Below, piece by piece: positions 1-11,607 of a stretch of DNA of 64,000 nt. The notes below the pieces were generated by a model that worked only from the letters and a program-made list of their open reading frames with translations, was not told where the DNA came from and made no database searches. Source of the DNA: an uncultured Planctomycetaceae bacterium (GTDB lineage: Bacteria > Planctomycetota > Planctomycetia > Planctomycetales > Planctomycetaceae). The stretch is from contig CAWFAK010000013.1 in assembly GCA_963813715.1 (NCBI GenBank), positions 32,001 through 96,000 of the forward strand. The letters are read 5' to 3'. A program made the translations under genes and the position numbers. The stretch's first letter is position 1. The number at the start of each line of letters is the position of its first letter.

Positions 1-2
1 AA

Positions 3-251
3 TTGGGCGGCGACATCCGCGAGGATGACTTGCTGTTCCACGACGAGAAGGCGCCCGAGCCGTCGCTGGCGTTCCTGTTGGCCCGCATGCGTTATCCCGA
101 GTTCCCCGAGCCGCTCGGCGTCTTCCGCGACGTGCAGAGGCCCACCTACGACGAAGGCGTGATCGCCCAAGTCGATGCAGCCGTGGCCAAGCAGGGAACC
201 GGCGACCTCGACAGCCTCTACAACGACGGCGACACGTGGGAGGTCCACTAA
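3..251 (+). CDS. 2-oxoacid:ferredoxin oxidoreductase beta subunit, C-terminal fragment (gene starts before the window)
   Basis: HDEKAPEPSLAFLLARM..PEFPEPLGVFRDVQRPTY...DLDSL..GDTWEV resembles the C-terminus of KorB-type beta subunits. Confidence 0.75.
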   Translation: MGGDIREDDLLFHDEKAPEPSLAFLLARMRYPEFPEPLGVFRDVQRPTYDEGVIAQVDAAVAKQGTGDLDSLYNDGDTWEVH

Positions 252-361
252 CGGTTCGGGTGCCGCGCACGAGCAAGCGGTCCGCCGCAGGCGGGCTGAC
301 GGCGTTGCTGCAAGTCCCAGTGTGAAGCGGCTAGCCCGCAATAGAAGACCCGCAACAAAAT

Positions 362-883
362 ATGATTTGTCCGGATTGCGGTTACGACAATATCGAGGGG
401 GTTGATTGGTGCGAGCAGTGCGGGCAGCCGCTCGTCGAGCTCGACCCGGCCACCTGCGAGCTCGAGGAGTCGATCTCGCGGCATAGCATCCGCGTGCTGT
501 CGCCCAAACCGGCCGTCACCGTTCCGCCCACGTGCAGTGTACGAGAAGCGGTCCGCACGATGGTCCAGAAGAAGATCGGCTGCCTGCTGATCCAAGAGGC
601 CGAGAAGGTCGTCGGCGTCTTCACCGAACGCGATGTTCTCAATCGCGTCTCGCCCGATATGACGGCTCTCGACCGCCCGGTTCGCGAGTTCATGACCCCC
701 TCGCCGGAAACGGTCCGTCGGCAGGATTCGATCGCCTACGCGCTGCACGCGATGGACATCGGCGGCTATCGGCACATGGCGGTAGTCGATTCGGCTGGCG
801 CGCCGACGGGAATCTTCTCAGTCCGCGACATCTTGCGATTCCTGTGCGTGCGGTTCGCCGAGATTCGCTCGAGCGGCCACTAG
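362..883 (+). CDS. CBS-domain pair protein with an N-terminal zinc ribbon
   Basis: CPDCG..N......CEQCG ribbon; CBS motifs KIGCLLI...VGVFTERDVL and GYRHMAVVD..G.PTGIFSVRDIL. Confidence 0.9.
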   Translation: MICPDCGYDNIEGVDWCEQCGQPLVELDPATCELEESISRHSIRVLSPKPAVTVPPTCSVREAVRTMVQKKIGCLLIQEAEKVVGVFTERDVLNRVSPDMTALDRPVREFMTPSPETVRRQDSIAYALHAMDIGGYRHMAVVDSAGAPTGIFSVRDILRFLCVRFAEIRSSGH

Positions 884-895
884 CTGGGTGGCGAT

Positions 896-972
896 GGGTG
901 GCACTGGCGGCTTGTCCGCCAGTGTCTTACGGTTTGAGAAGAGCACTGGCGGACAAGCCGCCAGTGCCACCC
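896..972. repeat. REP-like palindrome doublet (perfect 29-bp inverted repeat)
   Basis: GGGTGGCACTGGCGGCTTGTCCGCCAGTG (896-924) and its exact reverse complement (944-972); each arm is itself a hairpin. Confidence 0.85.
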
Positions 973-999
973 CAAAGCATCGGCAAAGGATTGCCGCAA

Positions 1000-1488
1000 A
1001 TGCCCGAGTCGCCCGCCAGCCCGGCCCTGCTCGTCATTGGCCGTGCCTTTTCGCCTGAGATGGCGGGCGTCGAGCGGCGGGTGGAGGAGCTAGCCCGGGA
1101 TGCGGCCGACGTGCGGATCGCGGCCAACGTCGCCGACGCACTCGCCAAATCCGCAGCCGACGGCTGGCACGCGGATCTGGTCATCGTCTGCCAGCACGGG
1201 CCCGACGAATACACGGCAGCCGAAGTCCGTGCCGTGTTGCGGGCCTTCCCGCTGGCGCGGCTCGTGTGCTGCTACGGTGCGTGGTGCAGTTCCGACGGCC
1301 GCACGCGAGACGTGTGGCCTCTGGCGGTCCGCGTGCCGGCAGAGTGGGCAGCGCGGCGGATCGATCTCGAGCTTGAAGTCCTCGCCGGCACGCGGTGGCC
1401 ATTGCCTCTCACCGCGTCGCGGGACGAGATCTTCTTGTTCGACCCCGAGATGGGGATCGAGACATCGGCCGCGTCGAGCGTTGAATAG
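1000..1488 (+). CDS. hypothetical protein, possible receiver-like alpha/beta fold
   Basis: ATG at 1000 in the 532..1488 frame; DLVIVCQHGPDEY...FPLARLVCCYGAWC.SDGRTR..WPLAVRV looks like a real conserved protein. Confidence 0.6.
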   Translation: MPESPASPALLVIGRAFSPEMAGVERRVEELARDAADVRIAANVADALAKSAADGWHADLVIVCQHGPDEYTAAEVRAVLRAFPLARLVCCYGAWCSSDGRTRDVWPLAVRVPAEWAARRIDLELEVLAGTRWPLPLTASRDEIFLFDPEMGIETSAASSVE

Positions 1489-1500
1489 GCCGCTTTCAAA

Positions 1501-1539
1501 CCCTCTCCAATTCCGATTGGAGAGTGGCAGGGTGAGGGC
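1501..1539. repeat. CCCTCTCC..GGAGAG..GGGTGAGGG REP-like element
   Basis: CCCTCTCCAATTCCGATTGGAGAGTGGCAGGGTGAGGGC; same family as the copies at 4792-4920. Confidence 0.7.
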
Positions 1540-1570
1540 TCTTGTCGCGTCACTTATTTCAGCCGCGTGG

Positions 1571-1768
1571 CTACAGATCTTTGGTGAGAACCAATTCAAC
1601 ATAGCCGCACTTGTGGCACGCATAGGCAGAAATTGCGTCGCTTCCACCGAGAAAGCGGCTGAGCCAACTCCTCCACGACGCGAACCGTACAGGCGCTCCG
1701 AAGTAGCCAAGTAGCTGCCCGTAATCTCGATCTTCCGCACCGCACTTCGGGCATTTCTTGTCCGCCAT
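1571..1768 (-). CDS. small zinc-ribbon protein (65 aa)
   Basis: MADKKCPKCG...AYACHKCGYVEL: two CxxC pairs; starts 30 bp after the ndh stop. Confidence 0.7.
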   Translation of the reverse strand: MADKKCPKCGAEDRDYGQLLGYFGAPVRFASWRSWLSRFLGGSDAISAYACHKCGYVELVLTKDL

Positions 1769-1797
1769 TTCTAGCCCTTCTACCGGCTGTGCGCGTG

Positions 1798-3087
1798 CTA
1801 CGAACCCGTCTTCTTCGGTGGGTCCGCGTGGGGCGGATGCGTAATCTGCCAACCCGGGCCGACGATCAGTCGGGCTCCACGGCGGTAGGTCAGGTACGAG
1901 ATGGCCCATTGAAAGACGACGAACAGCCGGTTCTTGAACCCGGTGAGATAGTAAATGTGCACGAACAGCCAGATCATCCACGCCGAAAAGCCGCCGAATT
2001 GCAGCTTCCAAATCTCGGCGACGGCCCGGCTGCGGCCGATGGTCGCCAGCTGGCCCTTGTCGACATAGTGAAATTTCGACCGCGGGCGGCCTTCCAGATC
2101 GTGGCGGATGGTGCGGGCGGCAAAACGTCCCTGCTGCATGGCGACCTGCGCGAGGCCGGGGAGCGGCTGGCCGTTCTGGTGGTCAAAGCGGCACTGGTCG
2201 CCGATGACGAAAACCTCCGGGTGCCCCTCGAGCGATAAATCGGGCTGCACGATCACTCGCCCGTTGCGATCCAGGGGCACCTCGAGCGCGTGACTGAGGC
2301 CCACGGCCCGCACGCCGGCCGCCCAGAGCACGGTCGCCGCCTCGATGCGTTCGTTGCCGATTTGCACGCCGCCCGCGTCGACGCCCGTGACCGTGCTGTG
2401 CGTCCAGACCTGCACGCCGAGCGATTCGAGGTCGCGGGTGGCCCGGGCGGAGAGCTTCCGTGGAAACGCGCTCAACACGCGCTCGCCGCTTTCCACCAGG
2501 ATCACGCGGGCCAGCTTCGAGTCGATCCGCTTGAAGTCGCGTGAGAGGGTGAAGCGGCTCATCTCGCCGATCGCGCCGGCCAGCTCGACTCCCGTCGGCC
2601 CGCCCCCCACGACGATAAAAGTGAGCAGCACGCGGCGCTGCTGCAGGTCGTGCGTCCGCTCGGCCTCCTCGAACGACTGCAGGATTCGCCGGCGGATCTC
2701 GGTCGCCTGCTCGATCGTTTTGAGCCCGGGCGCGAAAGGCTCCCACTGATCGTGGCCGAAGTAGGAGTGCAGCGACCCGCAGGCCAGGATCAAGTAGTCG
2801 TAGGGGAAGATGCCGAAGTCGGTGACGACTTCTTTCTGGTCGAGATGCACGTCGGTCACTTCCCCCTCGAGCACTTCGACGTTGGCGAACTGCGAGAGGA
2901 TGCCGCGGATCGGCTGGGCGATTTCGGCAGGGCTCAGGCCGGCCGTGGCGACCTGGTAGAGCAGCGGCTGGAACAGGTGATGGTTGCGGCGATCGAGCAG
3001 CGTGACCTCGATGTGCCGCGCATCGCCGAGCGCCTTTGCCGCGGAAAGTCCGCCGAATCCGCCCCCAATAATCAGCACGCGTGCCAT
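1798..3087 (-). CDS. ndh: type II NADH:quinone oxidoreductase
   Basis: GGGFGG FAD site, [28 protein letters not shown] site, [20 protein letters not shown]. Confidence 0.95.
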   Translation of the reverse strand: MARVLIIGGGFGGLSAAKALGDARHIEVTLLDRRNHHLFQPLLYQVATAGLSPAEIAQPIRGILSQFANVEVLEGEVTDVHLDQKEVVTDFGIFPYDYLILACGSLHSYFGHDQWEPFAPGLKTIEQATEIRRRILQSFEEAERTHDLQQRRVLLTFIVVGGGPTGVELAGAIGEMSRFTLSRDFKRIDSKLARVILVESGERVLSAFPRKLSARATRDLESLGVQVWTHSTVTGVDAGGVQIGNERIEAATVLWAAGVRAVGLSHALEVPLDRNGRVIVQPDLSLEGHPEVFVIGDQCRFDHQNGQPLPGLAQVAMQQGRFAARTIRHDLEGRPRSKFHYVDKGQLATIGRSRAVAEIWKLQFGGFSAWMIWLFVHIYYLTGFKNRLFVVFQWAISYLTYRRGARLIVGPGWQITHPPHADPPKKTGS

Positions 3088-3251
3088 GGTACGAATTTAC
3101 CGGATGCCTGCAATGTTGTCGCGGAATCGATATAGTTGAGGGCGGCGCTGGGGATTGCCGGAGTCCAGGCGAAGGCGGCAATCCGAGCGTCGGCGAAGCC
3201 GTCACTTCAAGAATTCATCCGAAAATCCAAAACGCTGTGAGGAGCCTGCCG

Positions 3252-4775
<1,524 letters not shown>

Positions 4776-4791
4776 AGCGCTACGAGTTCTT

Positions 4792-4920
4792 CCTCTCCCG
4801 GTCCTCCGGCAGAGGGCCGGGGTGAGGGCCGCTTTTCCTAAACATCATCCGGTACGGCATCACGCTCGCCGAAAAGAGAAGAGCCCTCACCCTTCCCTCT
4901 CCCATCGGAATGGGAGAGGG
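4792..4920. repeat. inverted pair of CCCTCTCCC/GGGTGAGGG REP-like elements
   Basis: CCTCTCCCGGTCCTCCGGCAGAGGGCCGGGGTGAGGGC (4792-4829) facing GCCCTCACCCTTCCCTCTCCCATCGGAATGGGAGAGGG (4883-4920). Confidence 0.75.
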
Positions 4921-4946
4921 CTTACGGATCGTCTGACGGTGGCTCG

Positions 4947-6023
4947 ATGGGCTCTGATCTGAAAAACCGTGTGCGAGTGTCACGGACTTCGCAGTCTGTG
5001 GCGCTCGCCACGCTTTTGTGGGCGTTGTGCCTGACCATCGGTCATGCTGCTGGCGGGCCCCGGACCGACCAATTCGGGCGGGACCTGGGAATAGGCAACC
5101 GCCCGCGTCAGAATCCAAGAGCGGCGAGTGGGGCGATCACGTCGATGCTCCCTTGCCCGATTACGTCACCGGTGAAGAGTGCCTGTTCTGTCACCGGGAC
5201 GATTGGGGCAACCGCTGGGCGAAAAACTATCACCAGCGGACGATGCGTCCGGCCGAAGCCGACTCGCCTCCGATGAAAGCTCTGGCGGCCGACGCCGACA
5301 CGAAGAGCTTTGTCCCCGACGCGGCTTATCTGTTGGGCACGCGGCGCGAGATCCGTTTTCTCAAACGATCGAGCGACTACGGCAAGGTTGGGCTGCTCTC
5401 GATCGCCTATACGCCGGTCGCCCCAGGGGCGAACAGCCGCCGGGCCCACGGCAAACTGACCGAAACCAAGAGTGGGCACTGGGACGAGCAGAAGTTTGCC
5501 AAGTCCTGCGCGGGCTGCCACACGACGGCCGTCGATCCGCAGACGCATGCTTTCTCGGCAGTCTCACTCGATTGCTATGCGTGTCACGGCATCGTCAATC
5601 TCAAACACTCCAGAGACACGAAGTTGATCGCGTTCGGTAAGGGCAATGCCGACCCGCCTCGCGTGCAACTGGCCAACTGCGCAGTGCCACTTGCGGACGG
5701 GCAAGTCGAAAAAGAGCGGTCTGCCCTACCCGACGAACTTCGTCGTCGGCGACAACCTGTTCCGCGACTTCGAGGTTGATCTGGGCGACGCGGCCCTTGC
5801 TAAGATGAATCCGGGCGACCGGCACGTCGCTCAGAATGTTCGCGAGGTGCTCGCGGGCAAGTCGACCATCACCTGCGTCAGCTGCCACGATATCCACCAG
5901 CAAAGTTCGACCAAGCACCGGCAGGTGGCGGAGGGGGCCACTTGCGTCTCCTGCCACGCACCGGGTGAGCCGAAATCGAAAGTGATCAAATACGAGGTGC
6001 ACAGTAGCCTGTGCGAATACTGA
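4947..6023 (+). CDS. multiheme cytochrome c (six CXXCH), split by two apparent frameshifts; start uncertain
   Basis: Signal-like VALATLLWALCLTIGHAAG in ORF 4947; CLFCH, CAGCH, CYACH in ORF 5018; CAQCH restored across the ~5682 shift; CVSCH twice in ORF 5646. Confidence 0.8.
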
Positions 6024-6053
6024 CGACGCTGTGCGAATATTGACACAGCATCC

Positions 6054-6175
6054 GGCGAGCGGCGGGTGTCAGCCCGCCGGTTCTTGATCGTCGAAAGACT
6101 GCAGACGAACGGAAAGCTCGAAACCTTGAAACCTGACAAAAATCAGAACCGGCCGGCTGACACCGGCCGCTCGCC
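6054..6175. repeat. REP-like palindrome doublet
   Basis: GGCGAGCGGCGGGTGTCAGCCCGCCGGTTCT (6054-6084) and the near reverse complement AGAACCGGCCGGCTGACACCGGCCGCTCGCC (6145-6175). Confidence 0.8.
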
Positions 6176-6189
6176 AAGAGGTAAACGCC

Positions 6190-6465
6190 ATGACGCCCGC
6201 CAACTCAGTTGACTATGAACACGCGCCGGACGGCAGCCCGATGGACGAAACGGACGTCGCGGTTCGTGCCTACCTGTCGCGGATGAGCGACGAAAAGCTC
6301 CGCGAATACGACCCCAACTGGTCCGACGAAAAGCTGATGGAGTGGGACGGAAACTTCCGCTCCGACGGTGCGCTCATGCTCGTCTGCACCGAGCGAGACA
6401 TCTCTCCCGAGGATTACCGTGAAGTGATGGCCGAACACTTGAAGCTTCGCGGCATTCGTTCCTGA
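6190..6465 (+). CDS. hypothetical acidic protein (91 aa)
   Basis: GAGG RBS, typical codon usage, WDGNFRSDGALMLVC.ERD motif. Confidence 0.75.
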   Translation: MTPANSVDYEHAPDGSPMDETDVAVRAYLSRMSDEKLREYDPNWSDEKLMEWDGNFRSDGALMLVCTERDISPEDYREVMAEHLKLRGIRS

Positions 6466-6516
6466 ACCGGGCGAGCCGGCGGCAGGCGTCGCCGGGTCGA
6501 CTGCACGGGAGTTGCC

Positions 6517-7305
6517 ATGACGGCAGAATCCTATCTGAAGGGGCTGTTCGGCCTGCACGGGCGGACAGCCGTCGTGATTGGCGGGACCGGCGTGCTGGGC
6601 AGCGCGTTCTGCGAGGCGCTGGCCGGAGCCGGAGCGCACACCGTCGTCGCCGGCCGCGACCGGGCTCGTGGGGCCGACTGCGTTCAACGGCTCACGTCAG
6701 CCGGAGGCGGGGCCGAATTCTTTTCGCTCGACTGCACGAGCCACAGGGACCTCGACAACCTGGTGACCCATTTGAGCCGCGGCAATCGCGCGGTCGACGT
6801 GCTGGTCAACGGCGCCGGGATCAACTCGGCCACCCCCTTTCTGGAAATCACCGAGGAGGAGTGGGATCGCATCTTGAACGTCAACCTCCGCGGGGTGCGG
6901 CTGGCCTGCCAGGTCTTGGGCAAATACATGATCCAACGGGGGACGCGCGGTTCGATCATCAACATCGCGTCGCTCTCGGGCATCACGCCGCTGTCGCGAG
7001 TCTTCACCTATTCCGCGACGAAGGCGGCCGTGATCAACCTGACGCAGAACCTGGCTCGCGAATGGGCCCATGTGGGCATCCGCGTCAACTCCGTGTCGCC
7101 CGGCTTTTTCCCGGCCGAGCAGAACAAGTCGATCCTCACCGAAGAGCGGATCGAAAGCGTGATGCGGCACACGCCCCTCAAGCGGTTCGGACTTCCCAAG
7201 GAGCTGGCCGGCGCGATTTTGTTTTTGGCGTCGCCCAACGCGGGCAGCTTTGTGACCGGGACCAACCTCGTGGTGGACGGCGGCTTTTCGAGCACGACGA
7301 TATGA
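6517..7305 (+). CDS. short-chain dehydrogenase/reductase (sugar-acid oxidoreductase-like)
   Basis: GGTGVLG, NGAG, SIINIAS, YSATK catalytic motif, IRVNSVSPG, VDGG. Confidence 0.93.
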   Translation: MTAESYLKGLFGLHGRTAVVIGGTGVLGSAFCEALAGAGAHTVVAGRDRARGADCVQRLTSAGGGAEFFSLDCTSHRDLDNLVTHLSRGNRAVDVLVNGAGINSATPFLEITEEEWDRILNVNLRGVRLACQVLGKYMIQRGTRGSIINIASLSGITPLSRVFTYSATKAAVINLTQNLAREWAHVGIRVNSVSPGFFPAEQNKSILTEERIESVMRHTPLKRFGLPKELAGAILFLASPNAGSFVTGTNLVVDGGFSSTTI

Positions 7306-8999
7306 CCGCCGGAACGCAATCGGGCCGGCCGGCCGCCTCGCCGCAAACGATCGACACGCCCGACCTCACCGCGCAAAACGTCGGTCCCCGCCTGGAGATT
7401 TCGAGCCGGCGGCGTTATCTCGTCCGCTTCGATCCCAAGCGGATTCCGCACCTCTTTACGGACGTGCTGGTAATCGGCGGCGGCATTGCCGGCATCCGGG
7501 CGGCTCTCGCCGTCGACCCGGCGCTCGACGTGGTCGTTGTCACCAAGGACCGCCTGCTGCAGTCCAACAGCGCGTATGCGCAGGGGGGCATCGCGGGGGT
7601 CTTCGATCCGGTCGACAACTTCGAGAGCCACGCGGCCGACACGATGGCCGCCGGCAAAGGGCTCTGCGATCCGCACATTGTCGACATGGTGGTCAGCGAG
7701 GCGCCCGACCGCATTCGCGAGCTGATTGGTTACGGCGCCCACTTCGACACGCACAACGGCGAGATCGACCTCACCCAGGAGGGGGGCCACAGTCATCGCC
7801 GCATCGTGCACGCACTCGGCGACGCGACCGGCCAGGAAGTGATGCGGGCGATGGCCGAGATGGTCCGCTCGCGGCCCAATATCCAAATCTGGGAGCAGAC
7901 CTTCACGATCGATCTGCTCACGCACGAGGCCGCCTGCCGCGGCGCGCTCGTCTGGAGCCGCAACCACGGCAAGACCTTTGTCTGGGCCAAGCAGACGGTG
8001 CTGGCCACAGGCGGCGCGGGTCGTCTCTATCGCGAAACGACCAATCCGGAAATCGCGACCGCCGACGGGCACGCCATCGGCTTTCGGGCCGGCGCCGAAG
8101 TCCGCGACATGGAGTTCGTCCAGTTCCACCCGACGGTGCTCTATATCGCCGGCAGTGCCCGGCACCTGATCTCCGAGTCGGTCCGCGGCGAGGGCGCCTA
8201 TCTCCGTGACGCGACGGGCCGCCGCTTCATGGAAGACTACGATCCTGCGCTCGAGCTGGCGCCGCGTGACGTGGTCAGCCGGTCGATCACGCTGCAGATG
8301 GCGAAGACCCGGCACCCCTGCGTCTATCTCGATTTGTCGCACTTGCCGGCCAAAGAGATCGAGGAACGGTTCCCGCACATTCGCAAGGTGTGCGCGGAGT
8401 TCGGCCTGGACTTCGCCCGCGACCTGATTCCGGTCCGCCCCGGCGCGCACTACATGATCGGCGGTCTGACGATCGACGACTACGGCCGCACGTCGCTCCG
8501 CGGGTTGTGGGCGGCCGGGGAAGTCAGCTCGAGCGGCCTGCACGGGGCCAACCGGCTCGGGTCGAACAGCCTGCTCGAGGGGTTGGTGTTCGGCCTGCGT
8601 GCGGGGGCGGGAGCCTCCGAACTGGCCCGCGCCCAGCCCGACACGTTCTTGCCCATTCCCCTGCATTCGGACTGGCCCGAGCGCCCGCAGGACGACAGCC
8701 TGGATCTCAACGACTTGCGGCACTCGCTCACCAATCTGATGGGACGCAGCGCCGGCATCGAGCGGAACGCGGACGACCTGAAGGCGGCGGCCGACCAGGT
8801 CAACTTCTGGGAACGCTACGTTTCCGACCGCGAATTCGCCGACCCCCGCGGCTGGGAGATGGAAAACATGCTTCTAGTCGCCCGCCTGGTGATCGCCGCC
8901 GCCGCCGCCCGTCGCGAAAGCCGCGGCGTCCACTTCCGTAGCGACTTCCCCGACACAGACCCGCGGCAGAACCAGCACATCGCCATCGCTGGTTCATAG
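7302..8999 (+). CDS. nadB: L-aspartate oxidase
   Basis: GGGIAG, SNSAYAQGGIA, EGGHSHRRIVH, QFHPT, LISESVRGEGA, AHYMIGG, GLHGANRLGSNSLLE, RESRGVHFRSDFP; ATGA overlap with the SDR stop. Confidence 0.95.
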   Translation: MTAGTQSGRPAASPQTIDTPDLTAQNVGPRLEISSRRRYLVRFDPKRIPHLFTDVLVIGGGIAGIRAALAVDPALDVVVVTKDRLLQSNSAYAQGGIAGVFDPVDNFESHAADTMAAGKGLCDPHIVDMVVSEAPDRIRELIGYGAHFDTHNGEIDLTQEGGHSHRRIVHALGDATGQEVMRAMAEMVRSRPNIQIWEQTFTIDLLTHEAACRGALVWSRNHGKTFVWAKQTVLATGGAGRLYRETTNPEIATADGHAIGFRAGAEVRDMEFVQFHPTVLYIAGSARHLISESVRGEGAYLRDATGRRFMEDYDPALELAPRDVVSRSITLQMAKTRHPCVYLDLSHLPAKEIEERFPHIRKVCAEFGLDFARDLIPVRPGAHYMIGGLTIDDYGRTSLRGLWAAGEVSSSGLHGANRLGSNSLLEGLVFGLRAGAGASELARAQPDTFLPIPLHSDWPERPQDDSLDLNDLRHSLTNLMGRSAGIERNADDLKAAADQVNFWERYVSDREFADPRGWEMENMLLVARLVIAAAAARRESRGVHFRSDFPDTDPRQNQHIAIAGS

Positions 9000-9016
9000 A
9001 GACGCGCAATCGACTT

Positions 9017-9111
9017 GCCGAGCCCCCAGCGTGAGCTGGGGAGTGCTTTTCCTGTTCGTAGAGTCGACGGGGCAATTCAAAGCACCCGCCAGCTGACGCA
9101 GGCGGCTCGCC
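9017..9111. repeat. REP-like palindrome doublet (same family as 6054-6175)
   Basis: GCCGAGCCCCCAGCGTGAGCTGGGGAGTGCTTT (9017-9049) versus AAAGCACCCGCCAGCTGACGCAGGCGGCTCGCC (9079-9111). Confidence 0.75.
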
Positions 9112-9143
9112 GCGGTCTTGCTCCGATTCGACCACGCGCCGCG

Positions 9144-9151
9144 TGTATAAT
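9144..9151 (+). promoter_or_regulatory. sigma70 -10 element (TGTATAAT)
   Basis: Consensus TATAAT about 40 bp upstream of the GGAG RBS / ATG 9192. Confidence 0.55.
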
Positions 9152-9191
9152 GCTGGCGCAGTCCGATCCTTTCGCGCGAAGGAGTGGAACC

Positions 9192-10746
9192 ATGTCGAGT
9201 CGTCGGGAATTCTTGAAGTCGTCTGCCACTGCTGGATTTGTGTTGGGGACTGGAACGTCCGGTCTGCTGAGCGCCTTGTCCCCGCGGGTGCGCGGCGAAG
9301 CCGAGGTGACGCCCGAGCTGGTGCACCTGACGCCGGACGTCGAGCCGATCGTGCGGCTCATCGAGGAGACGCCGCGCGACAAGTGCTTCGAGCTGATCGT
9401 CGGGCAGTTGCAGCAGGGACTCCCCTATCGCAACTTTTTGGCAGCCCTGTTTCTGGCCGGCGTGCGGAACGTCAGCCCGCATCCCGTCGGGTTCAAGTTC
9501 CATTGCGTGCTGGCCATGCACTCGGCCAATCAGCTGAGCCTGGATGCGGCGCCGGAGGATCGGCTGCTGCCGCTCTTCTGGTGCTCGACCAGTTCAAGAA
9601 GTCGCAGGCCGATAACGCCCGCGAAGGCAACTTCCGCATGCGGGAGTTCACGGGGACGCTGCCGTCGCCCGAGAAGGCCGCCGACGAGTTCCACGACGCG
9701 ATGCAGACCTGGGACGAAGAACGGGCCCAACGGGCGATCGCCGTTTTCGTGCGCAGCCGCGGCGCCGACGAAGTGATCGAGGCCCTGTGGCGGTACGGGG
9801 CCCGCGACTTTCGCGACATCGGCCACAAGGGGATCTTTGTCGCCAACTCCTGGCGGACCCTGCAGACGATCGGCTGGCGGCACGCCGAACCGGCCATGCG
9901 GTCACTCGTGATGGCGTTGCTCGACCCGGGCGGACGTCGCGGCTCGGGCACCGTCAGCAGCGGGCCGCGCCGGGGCTCGATGATAAAGCCCACCTGGCCA
10001 ACGCCGAACGCGCGACCGAGGTCTTGCCGAAGCTACCGGCGGGTTGGACGGGCGGCGGGAGCGACGCAGCGGCCACCGTCGACCTGCTCGAGGCGATGCG
10101 CACCGCCACGACCGAGGACGCCTGCCAAAAACTCCTGGACCAACTCCAGTCGGGCAAGACGCAGGCTCAAGGGGCCTGGGATGCCGTCCACCTGGCGGCG
10201 GGCGAGCTGATCATGGGTCAGCCGGGCATTCTTGGCATCCATGCCGTCACGTCGACCAACGCGCTGCACTTCGCGTTTCGCACGGCCGTCGATCCCCTCA
10301 CGCGGTTGCTCGTTTTGCAACACGCCGTGGCCTGGATGGGACAGTTCCGGCAGTCGATGAAGGGAGGCTCGCGCGGCGAGGTCGGCAAAGTGAAGATCAA
10401 CGAGCTGCGGCCGGCCAAGATCGATGCCGCAGAGCCCAAGGCGGCCGCCGAGACCTTCGAGCTGGTCGGAAACGATTTGTCCGGAGCGGCCGCGCGGGCG
10501 TTTGCACTGGCCCAACAGCATTCACAGCCCGAGACCTATTTCAAGCTGGCTCGCCGGCTGATCTTCCGCAAAGGGAACGACGCCCACCGCTACAAGTACG
10601 CGGCCGCCACCTTCGAGGATTACGACCTGGTATCGCCGGCCTGGAAACCGCACCTCTTGGCCACGTCCGTCTACTACCTGAACGGCTCGAACGACCCGGA
10701 TTCGAAGCTGATGACAGAGGCGATCGGCGCGGTCAAAAAAGTGTAA
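9192..10746 (+). CDS. Tat-exported helical hypothetical protein, two apparent frameshifts (~9582, ~9975)
   Basis: MSSRREFLK twin-arginine signal; protein-like sequence continues across ORFs 9015, 9143 and 9787. Confidence 0.75.
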
Positions 10747-10851
10747 ACGCTACAAGCAAGTTTGTAGTGACCGCCCGGTCGTGCTTCGACATTCGGCGCA
10801 GCCCTCAGGGTCCGGCGGTTGACCGATGACCGGCTCGCCGACCAATCCCGG

Positions 10852-11238
10852 CTAACTGCGGGTCGAGGCGGCAGGCTGGTCCGGCTTGCCCCGCCGGCGC
10901 TTGGCGCGATCGAGGGCGCGGTCGATTATTGGACGCGCCCGCGAGAGCAGGTTGCGGGCCCACTGGAACTCGGTCGCCAGCACACCCAGGCCGAGGGGGA
11001 TAAACACAACCGCCGGGCCGGGCGTCACGATCATGATGATGCCGGCAACAAGTAGCAGACCTCCCACGACAAAGACACCGGCCCGCCAGGCCAGCCGCAG
11101 CGCCTCCCTCTGCCAAGTGTCGGATCCTCTCTTCGGGCCAGTGCTTGAGTACCCGAAAACCGTGGCGTCGGCCGGGCTGGTTTTATGGAGTTCCCTCCGC
11201 CCCTTTCCAGCGTTCGCCACACCGGGAATCATACGCAT
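10852..11238 (-). CDS. PGPGW-domain small membrane protein (start uncertain)
   Basis: GGLLLVAGIIMIVTPGPAVVFIPLGLGVLATEFQWAR matches the PGPG(W)...LATEF.WA pattern. Confidence 0.8.
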   Translation of the reverse strand: MRMIPGVANAGKGRRELHKTSPADATVFGYSSTGPKRGSDTWQREALRLAWRAGVFVVGGLLLVAGIIMIVTPGPAVVFIPLGLGVLATEFQWARNLLSRARPIIDRALDRAKRRRGKPDQPAASTRS

Positions 11239-11607
11239 TCGACGCGTGTCGACGAGTTGCCCCCGCGTATGAAATTCGGAATAGCCGTCGAATGCGGCTG
11301 AGTCGCAGAGAATCCGCGCAACCTGCGTGACTTTTCCCACTAAGGCCGACGTGCGCGACCTATAATAAAGCAAATACCGTTGAGATTGGGGCGGTTTTGC
11401 GGTCAGCGCACAGTTGAGGGAGCGTGCTGATTGCACCGGCCCGGCCCACGCGATTCGATACGCTTCACCTCGTCCCGAGTCACTTCTGCACGGATGATCT
11501 GGCCGACCTAAAACCGCATTTGCGCACCATCGGGCATTGCAATTGCATGTTCCGTGACGATGCGCGCCCTTCAATGGGTTTTTCGAACAGAGGTTCGGAG
11601 AACTGGG

